DNA of 34,949 nucleotides from Sphingomonadaceae bacterium (GTDB taxonomy: Bacteria; Pseudomonadota; Alphaproteobacteria; Sphingomonadales; Sphingomonadaceae): assembly GCA_043732725.1 (NCBI GenBank), contig JAYTHJ010000167.1:1-34949 (forward strand). The letters are read 5' to 3'. The notes under the pieces were generated by a model. The model did no database searches, was not told where the DNA came from, and saw only the letters and a list, made by a program, of their open reading frames with translations. This document shows positions 20,953 to 29,493 of the stretch, piece by piece. Every line of letters begins with the position of its first letter. Position 1 is the stretch's first letter. The position numbers were made by a program, and so were the translations under genes.

Positions 20953-22170
20953 TTACTGAGCGGCGACCGCTGGCTCGGCGCGGGCCGGCCGACGTCCGGC
21001 ATCTGCCAGCATCGCGCGGTCACCGTCGAGGACAATGCTGAAGCGCGGTGCCGGGACGCCCCCGAACTGACTGCGCAGCCGTAGCGGATGCGCGTCGGGG
21101 TTGCGCCCCGCCAGGCCCCAATAGTCGACGAAGCTGACGACTTCCAGCGACTCGAGCACCAGCCAGCTATAGCTTTGCCGCGGTTCGGCGGCTGGTGTTG
21201 TCGCGACTAGCCCGGTACCGTTCAGCGGCGCATACGGCCCGAGGAGATGGCTGCCGACCATGCCGTACAGTCCGCTCGGCCCCGCCGTGCCGGGCGTGAA
21301 GACGCTGCGCTGCGTCGACCAGAAGACATAGTACAGCCCGCCCCGCAGCAGCACGTGCGGTCGCTCGAGTTCACGGTTGAGCCCGGCTGCCGAGATGATC
21401 GGCGGCAGCAGCTGCCAACGCCCTATCCCCTGCCCTGCACGTCGCTGGCCAAGACCGATCACGGCATCATAGTCCTGCGGTGGCCGTGCTGCCGAGCCCG
21501 TGAACAGCAGATATTCGGCACCGTCGGCCGGGTCGCGGAAGTAACCCGGATCGCGAAAGCCCTTGATCCGCCCGGCAGCGCCGGTTGCCTGACGCGCCTG
21601 CACATACATTGTGCCGTCGGCCTGTAGCACCTCGACCGGCACCGACCAGCCGGCGATCGAAGCGCGATCGTCGTCGAACGACAGCACACCGGTGGTCTCG
21701 AAGATGCGCTGCTCGTAGGTCAGCGCCGCTTCGCCCCGGCGGCCCGCGGCAGTGAAGTATAACGTCACCCGGGTGCCGCCCGCGTCGACGATCGCCGAAC
21801 CCGCCCACTCGCGGCTGCCGGGGCTGACGCCGTCGGGCAGCAAGTTGCCGCGGTCGAACCAGCGCCCCCACGCACCGGCGTGCCCACGCGCAGCGCCATC
21901 GCTTGTCTCGTGCTGAAGCAGCCGGATACGCGCCAGCGCATGGCGCTCGTCGGGATCGCCACCAACCGGAGCCGACAGCAGCATCCACAGCTCGGACGTC
22001 CCGAAGCATGCGGTACGGCCATCGGCATATCGGACTGGCCACATATCCCACAGGTCGACCCCCGGAACTACCGGCACGACATCACTCGCCCCGAGCACCG
22101 GCAGCTCGGGGATCGCGCTATCGGCGATCGCAGTAACGTGCGCCGCGGTCCACAGCGAGGATGGCGGCAT
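20953..22170 (-). CDS. Glycoside hydrolase family 68 (levansucrase/invertase family)
   Basis: Clan GH-J catalytic motifs LWDMWP (nucleophile), EWAGS, FRDP and ELERPH (acid/base), plus GPSGLYG, PLNGTGLV and YSW. No signal peptide. Confidence 0.92.
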   Translation of the reverse strand: MPPSSLWTAAHVTAIADSAIPELPVLGASDVVPVVPGVDLWDMWPVRYADGRTACFGTSELWMLLSAPVGGDPDERHALARIRLLQHETSDGAARGHAGAWGRWFDRGNLLPDGVSPGSREWAGSAIVDAGGTRVTLYFTAAGRRGEAALTYEQRIFETTGVLSFDDDRASIAGWSVPVEVLQADGTMYVQARQATGAAGRIKGFRDPGYFRDPADGAEYLLFTGSAARPPQDYDAVIGLGQRRAGQGIGRWQLLPPIISAAGLNRELERPHVLLRGGLYYVFWSTQRSVFTPGTAGPSGLYGMVGSHLLGPYAPLNGTGLVATTPAAEPRQSYSWLVLESLEVVSFVDYWGLAGRNPDAHPLRLRSQFGGVPAPRFSIVLDGDRAMLADAGRRPARAEPAVAAQ

Positions 22171-22174
22171 CGAC

Positions 22175-23530
22175 TCAGCGCGCCGCAACAGGATTACCAG
22201 CGGGCGCGCGGACCCGGCTGACGGCGACGGCAGCGCAAATCAACAGAAGCCCCGCCAAGCTGAGCACGTTGCGGGGATCGCCACCGAGCAGCCGGTCGTA
22301 ATAGAAGGGCAACGTCGCCGCGATGAGCAACATCGGGATGACGATCATCATGTTGAAGATGCCCATGTAAACCCCGGTGCGCTCGGGCGGGATCGACCCC
22401 GCGAGGATCACATACGGGTTTCCCATGATGCTTGCCCAGCCGAGCCCGACACCGATCGCGGGGATGAATAGCAGCAGTCGCTCGTGCACATGCGGCAGCG
22501 CCAGCATGCCCAGCCCCGCGAGCGTCAGACAGACGGCGTGCATGACCTTCGGCCCGAAACGGCGGGTCAGCGGCATCATGCCGAACGCCGCGACGAACGC
22601 CACGGCGTTATAGAACGCCGCCATCTGGCCGTTCGCCAGCACCGCATCGTGAAAGGCGGTCGAGTTTGGCTGGCTGGTGCCGAACACCGAGCGCCCGATC
22701 GAATAGATTACATAGGCCCAGTACAGCCCCATCGCGTACCACTGGAACAGGCTCATGACGCCGAGCTGACGCATCGCCGGCGGCATATCGCGGATCGCCT
22801 GCCAGACTTCGCCTAGAACCGCGGCCGCCGTTTTCGGCTCGGCAACGATGCGCGCCTGGTCGCGGCGGCTCAGCGGCAGTTCGGGAACGCGCAGCACCGA
22901 CCACAGGATCGTCGAGATCGACAGCACCGCGCCGATCAGAAAGGCGACGTGTGTGATCGTCGGAATATGGTGCGCGTCGACATCGTCCTTGCCCATGCCG
23001 AGCCCGTAGACCAGCAGCGACGGCGTCAGGAACGACAGGCTCTGCGCCAGCCCGGTAAACGCGCTCTGCGACAGGAAACCGAGCTCGTGTTGATCGGGGT
23101 TGAGCCGGTCGCTGACATAGGCCCTATATGGCTCCATGGTGATATTGTTGCCGCCGTCGAGCACCCAGAGCAGGCTCGCTGCCATCAGAAGGCTGGAACT
23201 GAATGGCATCGCCAGTAGCCCGGCGCTGCATAGCACCGCGCCGGCGATAAAGTACGGCGTCCGCCGCCCCCAGCGCGAATTGGTGCGGTCGCTCATTGCG
23301 CCGATGATGGGCTGGACCAGCATTCCGGTCAGCGGCCCCGCGAGGCTGAGCACCGGCAGCGCGGCCTCGTTCGCGCCCAGATACGAATAGATCGGCCCCA
23401 TATTGCCCTGCTGCAGCCCAAAACTGAACTGCAGTCCGAGGAAGCCGAGATTCATTTCGAGAATGCGCCACAACGACAAATGCGGCTTCGCCAGCGTCAG
23501 GCCCGAGAGCGGCGCAGTAGCATTGAACAT
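22175..23530 (-). CDS. MFS/GPH sugar transporter (SuxC/MalT-like, probable sucrose importer)
   Basis: MNLGFLGLQFSFGLQ, AGPLTGMLVQPIIG..SDRT..WGRRTPY, NITMEPYRA and GVYMGIFN motifs, about 12 TM helices. Confidence 0.92.
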   Translation of the reverse strand: MFNATAPLSGLTLAKPHLSLWRILEMNLGFLGLQFSFGLQQGNMGPIYSYLGANEAALPVLSLAGPLTGMLVQPIIGAMSDRTNSRWGRRTPYFIAGAVLCSAGLLAMPFSSSLLMAASLLWVLDGGNNITMEPYRAYVSDRLNPDQHELGFLSQSAFTGLAQSLSFLTPSLLVYGLGMGKDDVDAHHIPTITHVAFLIGAVLSISTILWSVLRVPELPLSRRDQARIVAEPKTAAAVLGEVWQAIRDMPPAMRQLGVMSLFQWYAMGLYWAYVIYSIGRSVFGTSQPNSTAFHDAVLANGQMAAFYNAVAFVAAFGMMPLTRRFGPKVMHAVCLTLAGLGMLALPHVHERLLLFIPAIGVGLGWASIMGNPYVILAGSIPPERTGVYMGIFNMMIVIPMLLIAATLPFYYDRLLGGDPRNVLSLAGLLLICAAVAVSRVRAPAGNPVAAR

Positions 23531-23602
23531 GCGCTTTATCCCTGCCACTACTGCATTGGCTATCAGCAGCGGCATGGCCATAGCATCAGAACCGCGCCCT
23601 GC

Positions 23603-23616
23603 ACAATCGATTGCAC
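23603..23616. promoter_or_regulatory. LacI-type operator palindrome in MFS/fructokinase intergenic region
   Basis: ACAATCGATTGCAC has the same CAATCGATTG core as at 19811-19820. It overlaps a candidate minus-strand -35 (TTGTGC-N17-CTATGG). Confidence 0.72.
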
Positions 23617-23674
23617 TAAGACGCCCGGTCGTCAGCTGCCACCCTTCCCGGTAGACGGAATGTCAGGAGATATG

Positions 23675-24577
23675 ATGACCGGAACCGAAAGCTTCGCGCT
23701 GACCGGCGGCCTCGAACTCGGCGGCACCAAGTGTATCGCCCTGATCGCGCGCGGGTCCGTGGTCGTCAACAGCCTGACCGTGCCGACCAGCGAGCCGGGT
23801 GCAGTGCTCGACACACTGACCGCATGGCTGGCCGCCGCCCCGCCGCTCGCCGCGATCGGCATCGCCAGCTTCGGACCGCTGGGTCTCGACCGGCGCCGTG
23901 CCGACTTCGGCCACATCACGACGACGACGAAGCCCGGCTGGTCGAATATCGACGTCCTCGGGGCGGTAAAGGCGCGCTTCGCCCTGCCGGTCGGGTTCGA
24001 CACCGACGTCGCCGGGGCAGCACTCGCCGAAGGCCGCTGGGGCGCGTCGCAGGACTGCGCCGTGCATGTGTATCTGACTATCGGCACCGGCATCGGCGGC
24101 GGAGTTGTCGTCGATGGCCGCGCCGTCCACGGCCTGATGCATCCCGAGATCGGCCATGTCCGCGTCCGCCGCGTCCCCGGCGACAGCTTCGCCGGCAGCT
24201 GCCCGTTCCACGGCGACTGCCTCGAAGGACTTGCTGCGGGACCCGCGATCGCAGCGCGCACCGGCGTCGATCCGACGACGTTGGCCGCCGATGCGCCGGT
24301 CTGGCAGCTGGTCGCCGCCGAGCTCGCCGAGCTGATGACGACGTTGATCATGACGCTGTCACCCGAATGCATCGTCATCGGCGGCGGCGTCAGCCACGGC
24401 CAGCCGCAGCTGCTGCCGTTAATTCGCGCCGCCACAGGTAAGCTGCTAGCCGGCTATGTCCCGGTCCTCGACGCAGCCGGACTCGAGCGGCTGATCCGCC
24501 CACCCAGCCTCGGCGCACAGGCGGGCTCGCTCGGCGCCATCGCGGTCGCCCTCGACGCGCTGGCATCGGCCGGCTGA
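23675..24577 (+). CDS. ROK-family fructokinase
   Basis: GLELGGTK, GIASFGP, TTKPGWS, FDTDV, TIGTGIGGG, HPEIGH and the Zn motif CPFHGDCLEGLA. AGGAGA RBS. Confidence 0.92.
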   Translation: MTGTESFALTGGLELGGTKCIALIARGSVVVNSLTVPTSEPGAVLDTLTAWLAAAPPLAAIGIASFGPLGLDRRRADFGHITTTTKPGWSNIDVLGAVKARFALPVGFDTDVAGAALAEGRWGASQDCAVHVYLTIGTGIGGGVVVDGRAVHGLMHPEIGHVRVRRVPGDSFAGSCPFHGDCLEGLAAGPAIAARTGVDPTTLAADAPVWQLVAAELAELMTTLIMTLSPECIVIGGGVSHGQPQLLPLIRAATGKLLAGYVPVLDAAGLERLIRPPSLGAQAGSLGAIAVALDALASAG

Positions 24578-24580
24578 CTA

Positions 24581-24610
24581 CCCGCCCTGCCCCTTATCCG
24601 GCAGGTCGGG
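24581..24610. terminator. Hairpin between convergent fructokinase and rpoN
   Basis: CCCGCCCTGCC ... GGCAGGTCGGG forms an 11 bp stem with one mismatch and fills the 35 nt intergenic gap. Confidence 0.55.
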
Positions 24611-24612
24611 CA

Positions 24613-26187
24613 CTAGGCCGCCGCTTCGAGCAGCTGCGCCCGCCGCCGCGCGACGCTCGAGCCGATGTGCATGCCTTCGCGGTACTTCGCCACCGTCCGC
24701 CGGGCGATGTCGAAGCCTTCGCCGCGCAGCACCTCGACGAGCTTGTCGTCGCTGAGCGGTACCACCTTGTTTTCTGCCGCGATCAGCCGGGCGATGCGGT
24801 CCTGTACGGCGCGGCCCGAGACCGCGTCGCCGCCGTCGGCCGACTGGATGCCGCTGGTGAAAAAGTACTTCAGCTCGAACAGTCCGCGGTCGCAGCTCAG
24901 ATACTTGTTCGAGGTTACCCGGCTGACGGTCGATTCGTGCATGCCGATCGCCTCGGCGATGGAGCGCAGAGTCAGCGGTTTGAGATGATGGACGCCGTGC
25001 GTGAAGAACGCCTCCTGCTGCTTGACCAGCTCGGTCGCCACCTTGACGATCGTGCGAGCGCGCTGGTCAAGCGCCTTGACCAGCCAGTTTGCCGAGGTCA
25101 GGCAGTCGGCTAGAAAGGTCTTCGTCGCCTTGCCCGCTTCGCCCTTGGCGGTGCCGCTCGCCAACTGGGCGTGATAGCCGCGGTCGACGAGCACTCGCGG
25201 CAGCGTCGCGTTGTTGAGCTCGACCACCCAGCCGCCGTTCGCAAGCCGCCGGATGAAGACGTCGGCGACCACCGCCTGCGGACGCTCACCGCCGTACGCC
25301 AGCCCCGGCTTAGGATTATAGCAGCGCAGCTCGTGGATCATGTCAGACAGATCCTCCTGGTCGACGCCGCAGAGCCGTCGCAGCATCGTCATGTCCCCAC
25401 GTGCCAGCACGTCGAGGTGGCCGAGCAGCGCTGCCATCGCCGGATCGAGCCGGTCGGCCTCCCGCGCCTGCACGCACAGGCATTCGGACAAGCTGCGCGC
25501 CCCGACACCTACCGGCTCGAAGCGCTGGATAACGGCCAGCACCGCCTCAACCACGGCGGGAGCCGCATCGAGCCGCTCGGCGACGTCGTCGACAGTGCCG
25601 CCGAGGTAGCCGGCATCGTCGATCAGATCGATCAGGTGACGCGCGATCAGCAGCATCGCCGGGTCATGTCCCCACGCCGCCGCCGCCTGCTCGGCGAGCA
25701 CGTCGAGCAGCGACGGCTCGGCGGCCGCGAAACTATCGAAATCGCCGGCGAAATCGCCGCTCGAACCGCTGCCGGCCGCGCTGGCACCGAGCGACAAGCC
25801 GCCGTCCGCAGTCCCGGCGACGCTGTCGGTGGGGCCATCGTGGTGGAAGGTCTCGGCGGTAAAATCGACATCGAGCGGGGCGTCCCCGGCTCCGTTGCCG
25901 CCGCGGATCAGCTCATCAGCGCTGGCGGTATCGGCGTTGGGCAGCGACATCTCGGACGCGGCGCTGCCATCGCCGTTGCCCGCGCTCTCGGCTCCGGCCA
26001 TGTCGCCATCGCCGCGCTCGCCGTCGCTGGCGTCGAGCAGCGGATTCTTCTCGAGCTCGGCCCCGATGAAGCTCTCGAGTTCGACATTGGTCAGCGCCAG
26101 CAGCTTGATCGCCTGCTGCAGCTGCTGCGTCATCACCAGCGACTGGCTTTGCCGCAGGTCGAGGCGCGGGCCCATTGCCATGTTCAT
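24613..26187 (-). CDS. rpoN: RNA polymerase sigma-54 factor
   Basis: Region I LRQSQSLVMTQQLQQAIKLL, HTH MHESTVSRV and RpoN box ARRTVAKYRE. Confidence 0.98.
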   Translation of the reverse strand: MNMAMGPRLDLRQSQSLVMTQQLQQAIKLLALTNVELESFIGAELEKNPLLDASDGERGDGDMAGAESAGNGDGSAASEMSLPNADTASADELIRGGNGAGDAPLDVDFTAETFHHDGPTDSVAGTADGGLSLGASAAGSGSSGDFAGDFDSFAAAEPSLLDVLAEQAAAAWGHDPAMLLIARHLIDLIDDAGYLGGTVDDVAERLDAAPAVVEAVLAVIQRFEPVGVGARSLSECLCVQAREADRLDPAMAALLGHLDVLARGDMTMLRRLCGVDQEDLSDMIHELRCYNPKPGLAYGGERPQAVVADVFIRRLANGGWVVELNNATLPRVLVDRGYHAQLASGTAKGEAGKATKTFLADCLTSANWLVKALDQRARTIVKVATELVKQQEAFFTHGVHHLKPLTLRSIAEAIGMHESTVSRVTSNKYLSCDRGLFELKYFFTSGIQSADGGDAVSGRAVQDRIARLIAAENKVVPLSDDKLVEVLRGEGFDIARRTVAKYREGMHIGSSVARRRAQLLEAAA

Positions 26188-26288
26188 CGGGTCGCCCCCT
26201 TTCTTTATCTACCCGTTGCCGTCGTCTGTGCCGGCAAGATTCGAGGCCGGCTTGTAGGAAACCGCGCTGCGCCGGGGTGTGACGCAGG

Positions 26289-27062
26289 TCACAGCGTAAA
26301 ACTCTCGCCGAGATAGACGCGCCGCACCGTCTCGTCCGCGACCAGCGCTGCGGGCGAGCCTTCGAACAGCACGCGGCCGTCGTAAATAATGCAGGCGCGG
26401 TCGACGATGTCCAAGGTCTCGCGGACGTTATGGTCGGTTATCAGCACGCCGATATCGCGCTGGCGCAGCTGCACGACCAGCTCGCGAATGTCGGCAATCG
26501 AGATCGGGTCGATGCCGGCAAATGGCTCGTCGAGCAGCATGATCGACGGGCGGGCAGCGAGCGCGCGGGCGATCTCGCAGCGCCGCCGCTCACCGCCGGA
26601 CAGCGCCATCGCCGGCGCATCGCGCAGCCGCGCGATATGGAAGTCGCCCAGCAGCTCCTCAAGCCGCGCCGCACGGACCTTGCGGTCGGGCTCGACAACC
26701 TCGAGCACCGCCATGATATTCCCCGCCACCGTCAGCCCGCGGAAGATCGAGGTCTCCTGCGGCAGATAGCCGAGCCCGAGCGCGGCGCGGCGGTACATCG
26801 GCAGCGCCGTGATGTCATAGCCGTCGAGCAGGATGCGGCCTTGGTCGGGTAGCGCCAGCCCCATGATCGAATAGAAGCACGTCGTCTTGCCCGCGCCGTT
26901 CGGCCCGAGCAGCCCGACGACCTCGCCACGCCGCACCGTCAGCGAGACATCGCGCAGCACGACGCGCTTGTCGAAGCGCTTGCCGATCGCCACCACCGCC
27001 AGCCCGCGCTCGGGCACCGCGGTACTGGGATCAAGCCGTTCGAGAACTGCCGTACTCGTCAT
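26289..27062 (-). CDS. lptB: LPS export ABC transporter ATP-binding protein
   Basis: GPNGAGKTT, YLPQETSIFR, LSGGERRR, LLDEPFAGIDP, ITDHNVRETL and VYLGESF motifs. Canonical position upstream of rpoN. Confidence 0.96.
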   Translation of the reverse strand: MTSTAVLERLDPSTAVPERGLAVVAIGKRFDKRVVLRDVSLTVRRGEVVGLLGPNGAGKTTCFYSIMGLALPDQGRILLDGYDITALPMYRRAALGLGYLPQETSIFRGLTVAGNIMAVLEVVEPDRKVRAARLEELLGDFHIARLRDAPAMALSGGERRRCEIARALAARPSIMLLDEPFAGIDPISIADIRELVVQLRQRDIGVLITDHNVRETLDIVDRACIIYDGRVLFEGSPAALVADETVRRVYLGESFTL

Positions 27063-27211
27063 CAACGCCCTTCGACTCCCGCGCCGCCCGCCGCGAACCG
27101 AGCAGTTGGCGCGGTTCGTGCATGTCGACGCAATTTACTCGTAAGCTTGTTTCGGGTAGATGTGAAGCCGACTTCGTCACGATCAACGGATGTCCATTCG
27201 GTTGCATTTAG

Positions 27212-27227
27212 TGGCCTTAAACTTGCG
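27212..27227 (+). promoter_or_regulatory. Putative sigma54 (-24/-12) promoter
   Basis: TGGCCTTAAACTTGCG has exact GG-N10-GC spacing with TTGC and faces the acyl-CoA dehydrogenase gene. Confidence 0.5.
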
Positions 27228-27333
27228 GCACCTCGCCGCAGCTCCGGTATGCCGTGTCGCGGACCGGCGCCACCGATGACAATGACGGCGAAAGCCACTA
27301 GGTTGCGCCGGCTTGCGGATGAGGACGCTACCT

Positions 27334-28557
27334 ATGAATATTCAGACCAAGATCGAAGTCGACGCCGCGGCGGCGACCGCACCACGCTGGCCGCGGCTCG
27401 ACTGGCAGGATCCGCTGCTGCTCGACAGCTTGCTCACCGAGGAAGAACGCATGATCCGAGACTCGGCGCGCGCCTTTGCCGACGAGCATCTCGCGCCGGC
27501 GGTGCGCGTCGCCAACCGCAACGAGAGCTACGACCCCGAATTGATGCGCAAGTTCGGCCGTTACGGCCTGCTCGGCCCGACAATCGAAGGTTATGGCTGT
27601 CCCGGCGTCAGCTATGTCGCTTATGGTTTGATTGCGCGTGAGATCGAGCGCGTCGACTCGGCATACCGGTCGGCGATGTCGGTACAGTCGAGCCTCGTCA
27701 TGTACCCGATCCACGCTTACGGGACTGCGGCCCAGCGCGACAAATATCTGCCCGGCTTGGCCTCGGGCACGCTGGTCGGCGCGTTCGGTCTGACCGAACC
27801 CGATGCCGGTTCGGATCCCGGCAGCATGACGACGCGGGCCCGCACCGCGGCGGGCGGCTACATCCTAAACGGTGCCAAGATGTGGATCACCAGCGCGCCG
27901 GTCGCCGACGTGTTCGTCGTATGGGCGAAGTGCGACGACGATGTCATCCGTGGGTTTATCGTCGAGCGCGGCGATGCCGGGCTGTCGTCGCCGAAGATCG
28001 AGGGCAAGTTCTCGTTACGCGCGTGGGTAACCGGCGAGATCGTGCTCGCCGATGTCCACATCCCCGCCGACCGCATGCTGCCCGGCGTCACCGGGCTGGC
28101 AGGGCCGTTCGGCTGCCTCAACAACGCGCGCTACGGCATCGCGTGGGGCGCGATGGGCGCGGCGGAGTTCTGCTGGCACGCGGCGCGGCAATATACGCTC
28201 GACCGCAAGCAATTCGGTCGCCCACTGGCGCAGACCCAGCTGGTCCAGAAGAAACTTGCCGACATGCAGACAGAGATCACGCTCGGGTTGAACGCCGCGC
28301 TGACTGCGGGCCGCCTGCTCGACGAACATCGCCTCGCCCCCGAGGCGATCAGTCTGATCAAGCGCAACAACTGCGGCAAGGCGCTCGACATCGCGCGGAT
28401 GTCGCGCGACATGCACGGCGGCAACGGTATCTCGGACGAATACGGCGTCATCCGCCACGTCATGAATCTCGAGGCGGTCAACACCTACGAAGGCACGCAC
28501 GACGTCCACGCGCTTATCCTAGGCCGAGCGCAGACGGGGTTGCAGGCGTTTTTCTAG
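27334..28557 (+). CDS. gcdH: Glutaryl-CoA dehydrogenase (acyl-CoA dehydrogenase family)
   Basis: [66 protein letters not shown] and [15 protein letters not shown] motifs. Confidence 0.9.
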   Translation: MNIQTKIEVDAAAATAPRWPRLDWQDPLLLDSLLTEEERMIRDSARAFADEHLAPAVRVANRNESYDPELMRKFGRYGLLGPTIEGYGCPGVSYVAYGLIAREIERVDSAYRSAMSVQSSLVMYPIHAYGTAAQRDKYLPGLASGTLVGAFGLTEPDAGSDPGSMTTRARTAAGGYILNGAKMWITSAPVADVFVVWAKCDDDVIRGFIVERGDAGLSSPKIEGKFSLRAWVTGEIVLADVHIPADRMLPGVTGLAGPFGCLNNARYGIAWGAMGAAEFCWHAARQYTLDRKQFGRPLAQTQLVQKKLADMQTEITLGLNAALTAGRLLDEHRLAPEAISLIKRNNCGKALDIARMSRDMHGGNGISDEYGVIRHVMNLEAVNTYEGTHDVHALILGRAQTGLQAFF

Positions 28558-28590
28558 CACCGTCCTGCCTCTGTTGAAGCGCACACAATC

Positions 28591-28664
28591 CCGCTCATCC
28601 CGAGCTTGACGAGGGTCCTCCGGACTGCAGACGGTGTGTCCCTAGACCGGCTCGGGATCACCGG
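28591..28664. repeat. REP-like imperfect inverted repeat (25 bp arms)
   Basis: Arm 28591-28615 CCGCTCATCCCGAGCTTGACGAGGG versus the reverse complement of 28640-28664, CCGGTGATCCCGAGCCGGTCTAGGG: 19/25 matches. It lies between convergent genes. Confidence 0.7.
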
Positions 28665-28737
28665 AATGGATAGCTTCATCATGGAGCACGGGTCACAGAC
28701 CTCGTTTTGCCCTCGGTAACCGTCGCTCGCACCCGCG

Positions 28738-29493
28738 CTAAGCCAGCGTCCCGAACGGCAGCAGCCGCCTTGCCAACGCCCGAGCGCCATTGACGTCGCC
28801 GTGGTCGAGCAGCGGCAGCACTTCAGCGATGCCGCGCTTGGTCAGCGCCTCGATGCCGTCGCGCGGCGACATGCCGCTCGCTTCACGCAGTAGCGCCGCC
28901 GCGCGCGGCGCATTGTCGGTATCGAGATCGAGCAAGGTGAACGCGTAGAACACCCGGTTGAGCGGATTACGCGAGTCTTTCGCCAGCGCGATGTTAAAGT
29001 CCTTGAACGCAATATCGAGCTTTGCCCCGAGCACGGTGCCGGCGATGAATTTGCCCAGCGTCGCCACCGACGCGGCGTGCCAGCCGGCGATCGACGCCCA
29101 AGCCAGCGCATTGTTCGGCTCGCGCGCTACCGCCGCCTCGAAAAGCCGCCGCGCCTCCTTCGCCTGCCCGCCAGACTTGGTCAACTTGGCGCGGTAGCCG
29201 ATCGCGGTCGCCTTCTGCAGCAGCGCCTCATCGTTGCCGGGAGCCTTGGCGAGTGCGGCATCGAAGTCGCGTGCGGCGGCATCGACCAGCGACAGCGCCC
29301 GCGACGGGTCGGTGGTCTCGAAGCACGCAATCGTCAGCGAGGAGCGCCCCGCGAGAATCAGCGACGCCGCCGTCGCCTCGGCGCGGCCCTGGCTCGCGGC
29401 CTCGGCGAAGTGCCCCGATCGGAACTGATCGATCGATGCCGCCGACGCCGTACTGGCCGAAAGCAGCAGGACCGTAATACCCAAAATTTTCAC
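28738..29493 (-). CDS. Hypothetical exported all-alpha (TPR-like) protein
   Basis: Signal peptide MKILGITVLLLSASTASA and Ala-rich helical repeats (APGNDEALL, EPNNALAW, DSRNPL). GTGA overlap with the lysS stop. Confidence 0.8.
   Translation of the reverse strand: MKILGITVLLLSASTASAASIDQFRSGHFAEAASQGRAEATAASLILAGRSSLTIACFETTDPSRALSLVDAAARDFDAALAKAPGNDEALLQKATAIGYRAKLTKSGGQAKEARRLFEAAVAREPNNALAWASIAGWHAASVATLGKFIAGTVLGAKLDIAFKDFNIALAKDSRNPLNRVFYAFTLLDLDTDNAPRAAALLREASGMSPRDGIEALTKRGIAEVLPLLDHGDVNGARALARRLLPFGTLA

Noticed and set aside
26233-26250. Sigma54-like site directly upstream of rpoN (minus strand CCGGCCTCGAATCTTGCC)
   Set aside because: Spacing is GG-N11-GC, and sigma54 requires exactly N10.
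26289-27330. lptB lacking upstream lptC/lptA
   Set aside because: Split lpt loci are common, and the partners may lie elsewhere in the genome. Nothing here indicates a disruption. The 27062-27298 ORF has no LptA-like features.
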